Below are positions 22,877 through 32,620 of a stretch of 64,000 nt of DNA, piece after piece (positions within the stretch are counted from its first letter, which is position 1; every line of letters starts with the position of its first letter). A program made the translations under genes and the position numbers. The stretch is from Verrucomicrobiota bacterium (GTDB lineage Bacteria > Verrucomicrobiota > Verrucomicrobiia > Opitutales > Coraliomargaritaceae). The stretch lies in the NCBI GenBank assembly GCA_039815375.1, contig JBCBZJ010000002.1, forward strand, positions 192,001-256,000, read 5' to 3'. The notes beneath the pieces are model-generated. The model was not told where the DNA came from. It saw nothing but the letters and a program-made list of their open reading frames with translations, and made no database searches.

Positions 22877-23947
22877 CTAAGCGGCTGGGGTGGGGGCTCT
22901 TGAATCCTGACGATCCAGCTCCCTGTTCATCAGTTGGTGGAATCCCTTAGGATAAAAAGCAAGCAGACTGAGCAGAGGGTAACCGAGCGGCAGACGGTAG
23001 CTATCCCGATGTGAACGTAGATAGATATATTCATTGCCTGCATTCAAATGGTGGTCTGCATGGCGCTGCACCATAAAGGTTTGGTAGTTGGAAAAACGGT
23101 GGTAGGAGTCCCACGAGTGATGCGCGGCGACTTTCTCGCTTTCTTCCCGCTTGAGCCCATAATGTTCAAGGTAGAAGGCCGCCTCACTAAAAAGAACCGA
23201 GAAAAGCGCTATCGCGGTATAAAGTAGAAGGCCGGGGATCCCTCCGAGAGAGAATGCGATGCCAAGCATAAGCACTGGGATGCCGAAGTAACTCAGATAA
23301 GGATTCTTCAAGCTGAACCGTTGGATTTGATGCTTCCGAATCCGTTCGTCGACAATGCGGCAGCTTTCCGCATATGACTTAGGATACGACTCGACGAGAT
23401 ATTTCCAGTAAGACGCATCGCGTGACGGAGCGTGGTTGTCCTTTTCGGTTGCGACGTGGGCATGATGGTTGCGGATATGAGCAATTGGGAAGTGCCAATA
23501 GCCGAAGGCATTAAAAGCAAATTGCCCGAAGGCGACTTTGGTTTTCTGTTTGCGATGAATGAGCTCATGGCCAGCAGCAGCAAGGACGCCGCCAGCACAG
23601 GCAAAGGATACAATCGCAACTGTAGTCTCCCACCAGTTCAAAGTGTCAAGAACTGCGATCAGCCACAGCAGGCAGACGAAGAAGAAAACTACATAGGTTA
23701 GGGTGGAGTAGGATAGAACTTCCTGAAGCTTGGGATGAACCTTCTCCTGCTTGATCGTCAGCATATGTTCCCCGACGAAATGATCGAGCGCTGGAACAAC
23801 AATGAACATCATCAGAGTCGGTAGGAGCATCCAGTAGGATCCGCCGATCAGCCCCAGGGCCGCGAGAGCTAGAATGAATTGCGGGAAGAGTCCCCGGATA
23901 AGGGCTTCGCGGTTCTGTAGATCGAATAACTTGATGGTTTCAGGCAT
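22877..23947 (-). CDS. AlkB-like membrane diiron monooxygenase / fatty acid desaturase family protein
   Basis: His boxes HELIH, HIRNHH, FYLEHYG and QRHADHH, plus HSWDS and LPLGYP; multiple TM helices. Confidence 0.85.
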   Translation of the reverse strand: MPETIKLFDLQNREALIRGLFPQFILALAALGLIGGSYWMLLPTLMMFIVVPALDHFVGEHMLTIKQEKVHPKLQEVLSYSTLTYVVFFFVCLLWLIAVLDTLNWWETTVAIVSFACAGGVLAAAGHELIHRKQKTKVAFGQFAFNAFGYWHFPIAHIRNHHAHVATEKDNHAPSRDASYWKYLVESYPKSYAESCRIVDERIRKHQIQRFSLKNPYLSYFGIPVLMLGIAFSLGGIPGLLLYTAIALFSVLFSEAAFYLEHYGLKREESEKVAAHHSWDSYHRFSNYQTFMVQRHADHHLNAGNEYIYLRSHRDSYRLPLGYPLLSLLAFYPKGFHQLMNRELDRQDSRAPTPAA

Positions 23948-23957
23948 TTTCCGTTCG

Positions 23958-25145
23958 CTAGAAACGATATCCTAAAGAGAGCGAAAAGGCGGTGCTATCA
24001 AGGTCGTAGTCTCCGTTTACGGTAGGAAAGTTATTGCCTGATACACGACGGGGGTCAGCAACGGCTTGCTGGAAAGTCAACATCCAGAAAAAATGTTCCA
24101 GGTCCTGTCCCACGCCTATCGAAAAAAAGTGGCGATCTTCGTCTGGGACAATCGGTAGGAAGTCGTCATCAGGAATCGCGTTTTCGACGAAGGTGTAACC
24201 TGCGCTTAGATGCCAACCATTCTCGAAGAAGCGGGTGGCGCCGAACTCCCAAATGTATGCAGAGATCCAATTCAATTGATAAGAGGCAGCGGGCACGCCA
24301 TCAATCGTCAGCTCATTGACCCGGTCCCAGTTGGTCCAGTCCAGGTTGAATTCGAAGTTCCACTTCTCGTTTGGCTTATAGGCGTATCCGGCAACAATTG
24401 ATTCTGGAAAAATAAGATCGACTTGTGCATCCACTGGGAAGCCCATTGTGAGCAAGCCCTGCGCAGTGCCTTCATATGTAAGTTCCGTTTTGGCCTGATA
24501 GTTGAGACCAAAGCTATGCTGTTCGCTTGGCCTCCAAAGGACAGAAACCGTGTAGCCGAAAGTCTGGTCGTCGCCTTCATACTCCAGTGCGTTGGTAAGA
24601 AGCTCGACATCGCTGTCGTCGAAACTGACGCCAATACCGACTGAAAGCGAGTTATTGATCTGCCAGGAAAGGGTGGGCTGGTATTTGACGTAGGCCAGTT
24701 GTCCTTCGTAAGGAACTGCAACCCCCAATAATCCGGATGCAAAAGATGCATCGCTGCCCCAATCCGTGCCAAGTGCGAAGGGAGCATATGCGCCAAAGCC
24801 CACGGCTATCGGCAAATCTTCGAAGTTGTGTGCAATGTAAAGGCTCGGGATGGGTTGAAACGCATCGTCTATGTCGTCGCTTGCGCCGAAGTCTCCTTCA
24901 TATTCAAACGTCGCTGAGATAGCGAGTAAGTTAGCACGAAATTCCGTGCCTTCAATCTGGATGAGACCGGCGGCGTTGTAGAAAATCGCTGATGCGTTGT
25001 CAGCCGTGGCGGTAAATGCGTTCCCGCGTGCAGTAGCGAACGCGTCGAGATAGGCAAAGCGAGTGGCGGCCGCTTGTAACCCGTAAGGAGGGATCGTGAC
25101 GAAAAGAAGGCTTAGGGCTATGAGGCTTGTACGTAGTGAAATCAT
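23958..25145 (-). CDS. FadL/OmpP1 family outer-membrane hydrophobic-compound channel
   Basis: Signal peptide, ARGNAFTATADNASAIFYNAAGL (NPA-like hatch motif), APFALGTDW, terminal YRF. Start placed at ATG 25145, an ATGA overlap with the upstream stop. Confidence 0.88.
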   Translation of the reverse strand: MISLRTSLIALSLLFVTIPPYGLQAAATRFAYLDAFATARGNAFTATADNASAIFYNAAGLIQIEGTEFRANLLAISATFEYEGDFGASDDIDDAFQPIPSLYIAHNFEDLPIAVGFGAYAPFALGTDWGSDASFASGLLGVAVPYEGQLAYVKYQPTLSWQINNSLSVGIGVSFDDSDVELLTNALEYEGDDQTFGYTVSVLWRPSEQHSFGLNYQAKTELTYEGTAQGLLTMGFPVDAQVDLIFPESIVAGYAYKPNEKWNFEFNLDWTNWDRVNELTIDGVPAASYQLNWISAYIWEFGATRFFENGWHLSAGYTFVENAIPDDDFLPIVPDEDRHFFSIGVGQDLEHFFWMLTFQQAVADPRRVSGNNFPTVNGDYDLDSTAFSLSLGYRF

Positions 25146-27172
25146 CTGGTCGAAGGAATCAAAAGTGAAGGGAGTTCGATTTCGACATCCCATTCGTGTT
25201 TATCGTCTCTCGGATAGAGCCGAAGGTAACCTCCATGCTCGGATACGATCTTATTTGCAACGGAAAGGCCCAGCCCTACGCCAGTATAGCGTGTTGTGAA
25301 GAATGGCTCGGCGGCTTGTTCGATTACTGTAGAGCTAAGACCCGAACCGCCGTCTCGTAGTTTAATACGTAGAATACCTTCCTCATCTTCTGTGAGAACA
25401 ACCTTGATCTCCTGCTTGTCGGGTGCGGCTTGCATTGAGTTGATAAACAGCTCTTCGATGGCGTAAGTCAGTGCCTCACTATTACCCTTTAGCTGCGAGC
25501 TTCTCGACTGATTGTCGAAAGTGAGCTGCGCACTGGAATTGCCAAGTTGACTACGAGCCCGGTCAAATGCGTCTTCTACAAGTTGCGCAAGCGCAAGTTC
25601 ATTACTTCCGGCCAGCGAGGACTGAGCCATGTAGAGCATCTGCTCGCTGAAACGTTTGATGCGGGCAGTCTCCTTGATGATAGAGTTTTTAAGAGAGGCC
25701 TGGAAGTTTGGTTGATCGATTTTTTTGTCGATTAACTGAGCATGGGTTGAGAGCGGGACCAACGAGTTGCGAATCTCGTGGGCAAAGCGTTCCGCGATTA
25801 AGCTGATAAGTTTTTCCTTTGTGCTATCGACTGCGCTTTGCTTGTTGGCCTCGATCTTTGTGAAATCCTCGACGATGACCATCGTCGGTCGCGGAAGGAG
25901 GACGAGCTCGCCCTTCTGGGTGAAAGGGAATATTGAAACACGGAAGATACCGTCACCTTCCGGACCATCTATTTCGAAGGGCTCGGGCAGTTCACCTTTC
26001 TCCACTGCGCGGTGTATCGGACTGGCAAGCTTATGTGGGAGTTCGGCAAAGTCGACCTGTCTCTTAGTATCCGAATTTTCGATACGCAAGAAACGTCGAG
26101 CGGCATCGTTGGTATAGAGGATCTGAAGGTCTTCACCGCAGACAAGCGCCCCACTTGACATAGAGTGCAGGACATTTTCGATTAGTTGACCATGCTGTGC
26201 GAGCTCGCTGTGCAGACGGCTGTTACGAATCGCGAGTCCAAGTTCTTCCATTAGAACGTAAAGTAGCTCAAGCTCGTCATCAATGAAGCTTCGCCCCGTC
26301 ACCGGTCCGTTGAGGACTGCGATTCCAATCGAGCCTTCACGATCGCTGATCGGAATAGCGATATCACAGCCTAGAATTGCAAATTCCTTCTCGGTATTTC
26401 CGGCTGACACGCTGAACGGCGGTGCAGTTTGCCTCTGTCTATGAAGAATACGCGGCCGTTCGCTGAGCTCTTTGCCAATTCCCACATCTCGGCTCAGTTG
26501 AAAACAATCAATCAAATCTGTGGGCAGTCCGAGTGAGGCAATGCATTCGAGATGATTCGTTGTGCTTTTCCGGACGACACTTTGCTTAGCTGAGCTTTCG
26601 AGAAAGATACCGATTCGACTGAAGCTGATGTGATCTCGAAGCTTGAGAATGAAGTGTTGAGTGAATGCTTTGTAGTCCAGGCTGAAGCTAAGGATGTGCG
26701 ACAGATCCCGAAGGGTTCGGAGTGTTGAGGCAGTATCGGCTGTAGTCTTGACTATTGGATATTTTGAACCTTCCGGTGGTTTGGATAGATGGCTCTCCTC
26801 GGCGACCGGGTCTTTTTGTAGAAGGCGTTTCAAGGTCCGAACCGGCACAGGCTCGGCGAAGTAAAGATCGGCACCTTCATCAAAGGCGGTGGTTTCACTG
26901 GCAAGGCTGTATTCCGGCACGAGAACAATGGTAAAAACATCTTCCCGTGTTTCGCGAATATCGCGAAGATGGCGCTGCATGATTTTCTCACCGCTTTCGG
27001 CGTAGATGATTATCATGTCAAAGGCACCTCGCTTGATTGCAGATTGCGCTTCATTCGGGGAGCGGCGGATTACGATTCTTTGCTCCGGAGCCGAAAAGGC
27101 TTCCCGCAGATTCAGCGGGATAGAGGCTTCGTTTCTAATGAATAGAAAATGACTCACGTGATCTTTTAACAA
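25142..27172 (-). CDS. Cytoplasmic histidine kinase: degenerate REC - GAF - PAS - HisKA - HATPase
   Basis: H box FAHEIRNSL, DGGSG, PFFTTR, GVGLGL; GAF (IAIPI..IGIAVLN..DELELL); PAS (ILYTNDAA). The N-terminal REC-like fold lacks the phosphoacceptor Asp. Start (TTG) uncertain. Confidence 0.85.
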   Translation of the reverse strand: MLKDHVSHFLFIRNEASIPLNLREAFSAPEQRIVIRRSPNEAQSAIKRGAFDMIIIYAESGEKIMQRHLRDIRETREDVFTIVLVPEYSLASETTAFDEGADLYFAEPVPVRTLKRLLQKDPVAEESHLSKPPEGSKYPIVKTTADTASTLRTLRDLSHILSFSLDYKAFTQHFILKLRDHISFSRIGIFLESSAKQSVVRKSTTNHLECIASLGLPTDLIDCFQLSRDVGIGKELSERPRILHRQRQTAPPFSVSAGNTEKEFAILGCDIAIPISDREGSIGIAVLNGPVTGRSFIDDELELLYVLMEELGLAIRNSRLHSELAQHGQLIENVLHSMSSGALVCGEDLQILYTNDAARRFLRIENSDTKRQVDFAELPHKLASPIHRAVEKGELPEPFEIDGPEGDGIFRVSIFPFTQKGELVLLPRPTMVIVEDFTKIEANKQSAVDSTKEKLISLIAERFAHEIRNSLVPLSTHAQLIDKKIDQPNFQASLKNSIIKETARIKRFSEQMLYMAQSSLAGSNELALAQLVEDAFDRARSQLGNSSAQLTFDNQSRSSQLKGNSEALTYAIEELFINSMQAAPDKQEIKVVLTEDEEGILRIKLRDGGSGLSSTVIEQAAEPFFTTRYTGVGLGLSVANKIVSEHGGYLRLYPRDDKHEWDVEIELPSLLIPSTR

Positions 27173-27226
27173 TATGTTCAGCTTTTTTTTAGGATTGCAA
27201 AGCTGTTTTTCTCGAAGGTTCCCTGT

Positions 27227-29002
27227 ATGCGACGGACAATGGGTTTAATGGGGATTTATGCGACGATTTATGGCCTGAGAGCTTCACCAATAATAAACGT
27301 TGCCAGCCTGATCCGATTCCAACAAAAAAAATCGGCATTGGATAAACTTAAGGCATCTTCCACACCAGATGTGACCAGTCAACGCGTTACCTTTGAGGGT
27401 CCACACGGCATGCAGATCGTCGCCTACATTGACGAAGGGCCTAAGGAAGATTGGAACGGTAAGTTCATTCTACTGGCCCCTCGCTATGGTGAGTCGAAGA
27501 AGAACAACCTCCAATTGAGCTACGTTCTTGCTTCGAATCACTTCAAAGTGATGCGCTTTGACCATACCAATCACATAGGTGAAAGCGACGGCACGATGGA
27601 GTGGTTTACCATTCATGGTGCTGCCGAGGATATCATTGCCTGTGCCAATCATCTTGACATGTACTATGAGCCTAAGGAGATCGCTTTAGTCTCGTTGAGT
27701 CTGTCGTGCCGGAGTGGTTTGAGGGCCTGTGCGCGCGGTTGCCCAATTTCCCGTTTTGTCAGTGTGGTGGGGATGGTCGATTTGGGAAAGACCCTGAACG
27801 CAATCTATGACCGCGACATGTTGAAGGCCTACTCGGAAGAGAAATGGGAGAGAGTTGATATTCTGGGATTTGATATCAATGGCGCAAATTTCTACGACAG
27901 TCTATTCCGGGAGAATTTGCAGGATCTTTCCGGAGCAATTGAAGATGCCAAAAAGACGAGTGTGCCACTGCTTCACCTTCACGCAGAGAATGATAAATGG
28001 GTGGATAGCAATGACGTCGAGGAGCTGATATCTCATTGTCCAAAGGGCCAACTCGAATTTGTTTCCGGTGTAGCACATGAGATAAACGAGAATCGTGATG
28101 CGTTTGCCAATGTCATTGCGCGGATCATTGCCTTTTGTGCTGGAGTTGAGAGTGGGCCGGTTCGCCAACCTGAAAAGCGGTGTCTGATGAAGCAGAACAA
28201 GGCTGAGCGTGAGGCTCTTCAGAAGATGTTTTCTTTCAATCAATCGGAGGCGGAATTCTGGGGTGATTATCTAAGCAAATTTGGAATTATTGAAGAGGCA
28301 GAATTCTACGTTGAGTATTTTAAGAACATGTCGGAACTGCTTGGCGCGGTAAGGCCGGGAGATACAGTACTGGATGCAGGCTGTGGTAACGGTTTCTTTG
28401 GTCTTAGCCTTTTGCATAGTGCAGCAAATCAAATAGCACCGGGCGGTCCAATTTACTATTGTGCCTTGGATCTTTCTCATGATGGGCTGGCCACGTCCTA
28501 TCGTCGTCATGTTAGCGAATATTCCCGATTGATGCAGATGAGTTTGCGGGCTTCGGGAATCGGAATGACCTATTCAAGGGTTAATCTTGACGGGAGTGAG
28601 CAAGAAGAGGACTACCAGTTGCATTGTCGTGATGGAAGCTTTTCAAAAATCTGCAGCAGTCTGGTCGTTTCCTATCTTAAAGACCCGAGCTGGTTGTTCC
28701 GCGAGATCTTTCGACTGCTTAAACCCGGAGGTGTTGCAATTGTATCCAGTATGAAACCGGGATGCGACATGACAGTTCTTTACCATGAATCGATCACGCA
28801 GAAACACACCTCTAATCGGGAATCGGGAGGACGCGCGCTGCTCAGTGCAGCGGGAAAGATTAAATTGAAGAAGGACTCGGGTATTTATCATTTTTTTAGT
28901 AGAGCTGATCTGCAGAGAGCCGCATTTGATGCGGGATTCACGGATATTTCTGCGCATAGGAGTTTCGGCAATCAAGCGAATGTTGTCCGCCTAGTTAAGT
29001 GA
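27227..29002 (+). CDS. LuxD-like acyl-ACP thioesterase/acyltransferase (alpha/beta hydrolase) fused to a class I SAM-dependent methyltransferase
   Basis: N-terminal half has RFDHTNHIGESDG..FT, SLSLSCR, VGMVDL..TL, TSVPL..AENDKWV and AHEINEN, colinear with LuxD motifs. C-terminal half has VLDAGCGNG and EIFRLLKPGG. True start may lie up to ~150 nt downstream. Confidence 0.8.
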   Translation: MRRTMGLMGIYATIYGLRASPIINVASLIRFQQKKSALDKLKASSTPDVTSQRVTFEGPHGMQIVAYIDEGPKEDWNGKFILLAPRYGESKKNNLQLSYVLASNHFKVMRFDHTNHIGESDGTMEWFTIHGAAEDIIACANHLDMYYEPKEIALVSLSLSCRSGLRACARGCPISRFVSVVGMVDLGKTLNAIYDRDMLKAYSEEKWERVDILGFDINGANFYDSLFRENLQDLSGAIEDAKKTSVPLLHLHAENDKWVDSNDVEELISHCPKGQLEFVSGVAHEINENRDAFANVIARIIAFCAGVESGPVRQPEKRCLMKQNKAEREALQKMFSFNQSEAEFWGDYLSKFGIIEEAEFYVEYFKNMSELLGAVRPGDTVLDAGCGNGFFGLSLLHSAANQIAPGGPIYYCALDLSHDGLATSYRRHVSEYSRLMQMSLRASGIGMTYSRVNLDGSEQEEDYQLHCRDGSFSKICSSLVVSYLKDPSWLFREIFRLLKPGGVAIVSSMKPGCDMTVLYHESITQKHTSNRESGGRALLSAAGKIKLKKDSGIYHFFSRADLQRAAFDAGFTDISAHRSFGNQANVVRLVK

Positions 29003-31125
29003 ATACTTATTTAACTATATCCTCATTAGTTAATACATTTTCAGGGCTACTTTTACTAAGTCTCCTATTTTCTTCGCGTGGAATCGACCGAGTAAAGTCG
29101 CGTTTCATACTGCTCACAATCAGTGTAATCGGCTGGTCTTTTTCTTATTTCCTCTGGCGTATTTCGGACTCCGCCACACTTGCGCTTTTATATTGTCAAT
29201 TTCTCACAGTCTTCTCGATCTTTTCGCCGATTACCTTCCTTGATTTTTGCTTGGAGCTCGTCGGCTTGCGTCGGCGGATGCCAGTCTTTCTTGGATATCT
29301 GCTTTGCCTGGTGGTCGCTCTTATGGTCGCAGCCGGATATGTCGTTGAAGGTGTCGAATCTAAATACGGACATGTATTTTGGCCTGTGGCCGGTGAACTG
29401 TTTTACGTCTACATCATCTGCTTTGTACTTACGGTCGCTTTAAGTTGCGCCGTTTTGTTTTACGGCACGAAAAAGCACATTGGGCGACGTGCTTCAGACT
29501 GCACTTTTGTATTCTGCACCGGGTTGATTGGTTTTCTTGGAGCAGCGACCAATTTTCCACTTTGGGTCGATATCCCAATGCAGCCCTTCGGTAATATCCT
29601 CGTTGCTGTCTATCTCGTGACGATCGGACACGGATTATACAGTCAGCGGATTTCCGGTATCAGCACCGATGTGTATAAAGCCTTCGTTGGTATTTTTTTG
29701 AACGCTTCAGCGACCTTGTTCTATCTGATCCTGGTGGCGCTCTACCGCACCTTGATTGAAGAACCGATGGCAAGTGACGAATTTTGGTTCCATGGGGTCT
29801 TTGCGTTTTCTGCCAGTGCCTTAGTCTTTTGGGGTGTCCCGAAATTGAAAGTTCTAAGCGAGCATATTGTGGAAGGGGTGTTTCGTCGGGAGATCAATAC
29901 TGCCCTTGCAGAGCTGCAGGCCCTCCCAACCGAGCTTTCGGAGCTTGGCGAGATTGATGCAATTGCTCAGGTCACCGCCGACACAATAAAGTCTTCACTC
30001 GGTGTCTCCGGTGTAGCCGTGTATCATAATGACGAATTTTCCAGCGAGTTTCGCTGTATCTATTCGAGTGGATCCTTCTCCAGAGATGTAAATGGCTACA
30101 AGATTTTAACCACGAATCCAGTTGTCGAGAGATTGAGTCTAAGGCCGGAGTGCCTTGTTCTGAATCACGTCGCTGATGACTATCGAGAAGCTTTTTATAA
30201 GGCACTCGTTTTGCTAAAGAACGACCTTGGGCTGACAGTTGTGGTGCCTATTTTCGCGAGCCATCAAATTTATGGCCTCATCTTTTTGGGTGGGACAGAT
30301 CAGCCACGCCCATGGTCGGAGGAGGAAATTGCTACGCTTTTTAACATTGCCGCACAGATAGGATTAAACATGCGAGCTCGTGACTTTGAGCGACGTTCCA
30401 GTGAGATTGATAAGCTGGTCGCTCTGGGCACGATGGCTGCAGGACTCTCTCATGAGATTCGTAATCCATTGGTATCGATACAGACCTTTGCATCTCTGCT
30501 CAAGAAAGGGAAAAGTGTTGAAAAGCTTCCGGACGATTTTCGCGAAGTCTTGGTGCGTGATGTGAAGCGAATCGAGAGTATCGTTGATGGCGTAGCCTCA
30601 TACTCCAAAAACCAAAAAGGGCGAAAAGCACCGATTGATATACGCGAAGTAGTCGAATCCAGTTTAAGGATTTACGAACAAGCTGCTGATGCTCAAGGGA
30701 TTGAATGGAAGCTGACGTTACCCCGAGAGGGTGAGGCCATCGTTATGGCGAATTTTGATCAGATGGTGCAGGTGTTCAATAATCTGATTGAAAATGCGAT
30801 TCAGGCGCTCGCTGTTCGCGCAAAAGGTGAAATTGAGATTGATTTAGGGTTACGAAATCTCAGTAAACAGGGCTCTCGACGATGGGTTGAAATTTCTATC
30901 GCGGACAATGGTGACGGGGTTCCTGATTCGATTATCGACCGCATTTTTGATCCCTTCATGACGTCGAAGGATACGGGTAGCCGTGACGAAAAGCAGGGCA
31001 TGGGTCTTGGGTTGGCCATTTCGAAACGGATTATCGAGAACCATGATGGGGCAATCTCCGTATCAAATTTTCCTGGTGGCGGTGCAAAATTTGTTGTCTC
31101 GCTGAGGCTTTTTGATTCGAAGTAG
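28999..31125 (+). CDS. Multi-TM sensor histidine kinase (7TM-type N-terminal domain - GAF - HisKA - HATPase)
   Basis: About 9 hydrophobic helices, GAF (VVVPIF..IYGLIFLG..WSEEEI), LSHEIRNPL, NLIENA, DNGDG, FDPFMTSK, GMGLGL; GTGA overlap with the upstream gene. Confidence 0.92.
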   Translation: MNTYLTISSLVNTFSGLLLLSLLFSSRGIDRVKSRFILLTISVIGWSFSYFLWRISDSATLALLYCQFLTVFSIFSPITFLDFCLELVGLRRRMPVFLGYLLCLVVALMVAAGYVVEGVESKYGHVFWPVAGELFYVYIICFVLTVALSCAVLFYGTKKHIGRRASDCTFVFCTGLIGFLGAATNFPLWVDIPMQPFGNILVAVYLVTIGHGLYSQRISGISTDVYKAFVGIFLNASATLFYLILVALYRTLIEEPMASDEFWFHGVFAFSASALVFWGVPKLKVLSEHIVEGVFRREINTALAELQALPTELSELGEIDAIAQVTADTIKSSLGVSGVAVYHNDEFSSEFRCIYSSGSFSRDVNGYKILTTNPVVERLSLRPECLVLNHVADDYREAFYKALVLLKNDLGLTVVVPIFASHQIYGLIFLGGTDQPRPWSEEEIATLFNIAAQIGLNMRARDFERRSSEIDKLVALGTMAAGLSHEIRNPLVSIQTFASLLKKGKSVEKLPDDFREVLVRDVKRIESIVDGVASYSKNQKGRKAPIDIREVVESSLRIYEQAADAQGIEWKLTLPREGEAIVMANFDQMVQVFNNLIENAIQALAVRAKGEIEIDLGLRNLSKQGSRRWVEISIADNGDGVPDSIIDRIFDPFMTSKDTGSRDEKQGMGLGLAISKRIIENHDGAISVSNFPGGGAKFVVSLRLFDSK

Positions 31126-31130
31126 GTCTG

Positions 31131-32564
31131 ATGTCGGAATTGCCTGAAATCGGAACGGACAATCAGAGTGTAGAACCTGCAGCATTGGCGGGTCATTATC
31201 TGAGGGTTTTTGCGAGTGCAGTTGCTTCGATGTCAGATTTTGAAGGATTTATCGATGCATTGAATGGTCTGGTTCGGGACGATACTTTCTTTCTCGGCAC
31301 TGCGGAACTCTCGAATGCCTTCGCTGATGGTGACGAAAAGTTTCCAGACTTTGAGACTCTGGACAGTTCTGAGACAGTTGTCGCGGTTGCAGGTGATGCG
31401 GGAAATTTGGGATACCTTAAATATTCCGGTCGACAGGACAAACAACCCTTTGGAGCAGAAGATATGCACCTCATGGGTTCGATTGCCGGTTTTATCTCAG
31501 CTCTTATTTCACAAGCGCATGAATTCAGGCAAAAGAGTAAAGCTGACAGGGTACTTCAATTTCTGATCAACCAGTTGCCGTTAGGAGTGATTTGCTTTGA
31601 TTCTAAGGGAGATGTTTTAGTCCAGAGTAATTCTGCAGCGAATCTCGTAGGTGATGCGGGAGCTGCGATTCTTGCGGAGTTGATCAGTTCGGAAAAGACT
31701 TTCGTCAAGGATCGTGCGAGACTCCACTTTGAGGCCGGAGGAAAATTGGTTTATGCAGAGGGTCGTCGATTGCAGGTCGAAGAGGGCCTGAAGGTCGTTG
31801 CCTTTTTGCTCTATGATATGTCGGCTTCGCGCGAGAAGTTGTTAGTTGATCTAGAACGTGAAGCTTACCGAAGCGAGGCTCGCGGCACGTTTCTCACGCT
31901 CGCTCTCCTTGAGATGGACGACGAAGCAGGCAAGGTGTATCGCACACTCCGCTCTGCCGCCAAAAGCCTTCAGATTGATGTGAGCAAAATACAACCGGTA
32001 GATGCCTACAGTTGTGCTTGTGTATTTGCCGGTAAAAGGATGCGTGCAGTCCGTTTCCTTCTCAGGGCTTTACTGAACAAGGCGGCGACTCCCGTTAAAG
32101 TGTCAATTGTTCAACACGAAGGCGCCACTTCCGAGGACAATCCGGCAGATATGATGCTTGAAGTAGCGAAAGAATCTCTTGCGGTAGCAGAGGTTGCATT
32201 GTTACCGAAGCTTCTGGTGCTGGACCCTTATCCGGCAATCTTCGATGCGCTTACTGTTATTACAAATGAAGTTTGCCAGTTAGACGCGGCACAGTCGGTT
32301 GAGTCAGCTTCTACATTGCTGGCGACAGGTCGCTACGATGGAATTTTTGTCGATTTGGATAGCTATCATTTAGATGAGATTGCAGTGCTTCGTGAAGCGG
32401 CAGTTTTAGCCTGCGATGGTTTCAAGTTTTTGTATTGCAGCCACAAGCAACCCGGTATGGCCCGTCATAGCAATGCATTGAGACCTGAGGAGATTGTTCT
32501 CCAAAAACCATTTCATGCTGATAAGATCGTGGAAATCCTCTCGCTTCAGTTTGATTTAGCTTGA
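31131..32564 (+). CDS. Signalling protein: GAF-like - PAS-like - degenerate GGDEF - C-terminal receiver
   Basis: FGAEDMHL (GAF end), LPLGVICFD (PAS), LEREAYRSEARGTFLTLALLEMD (GGDEF N-terminal helix, but no GGDEF motif), REC with YDGIFVD and LQKPF. Confidence 0.65.
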   Translation: MSELPEIGTDNQSVEPAALAGHYLRVFASAVASMSDFEGFIDALNGLVRDDTFFLGTAELSNAFADGDEKFPDFETLDSSETVVAVAGDAGNLGYLKYSGRQDKQPFGAEDMHLMGSIAGFISALISQAHEFRQKSKADRVLQFLINQLPLGVICFDSKGDVLVQSNSAANLVGDAGAAILAELISSEKTFVKDRARLHFEAGGKLVYAEGRRLQVEEGLKVVAFLLYDMSASREKLLVDLEREAYRSEARGTFLTLALLEMDDEAGKVYRTLRSAAKSLQIDVSKIQPVDAYSCACVFAGKRMRAVRFLLRALLNKAATPVKVSIVQHEGATSEDNPADMMLEVAKESLAVAEVALLPKLLVLDPYPAIFDALTVITNEVCQLDAAQSVESASTLLATGRYDGIFVDLDSYHLDEIAVLREAAVLACDGFKFLYCSHKQPGMARHSNALRPEEIVLQKPFHADKIVEILSLQFDLA

Positions 32565-32620
32565 GCAAGATTCTCTATTGGTGAGCATTCCTTATCGTTC
32601 CTATTTCGGATTCCAACAAG

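Noticed and set aside
27227..29002. Bioluminescence (lux) operon
   Set aside because: Only a LuxD-like domain is present; there are no luciferase, reductase or synthetase genes in the window.
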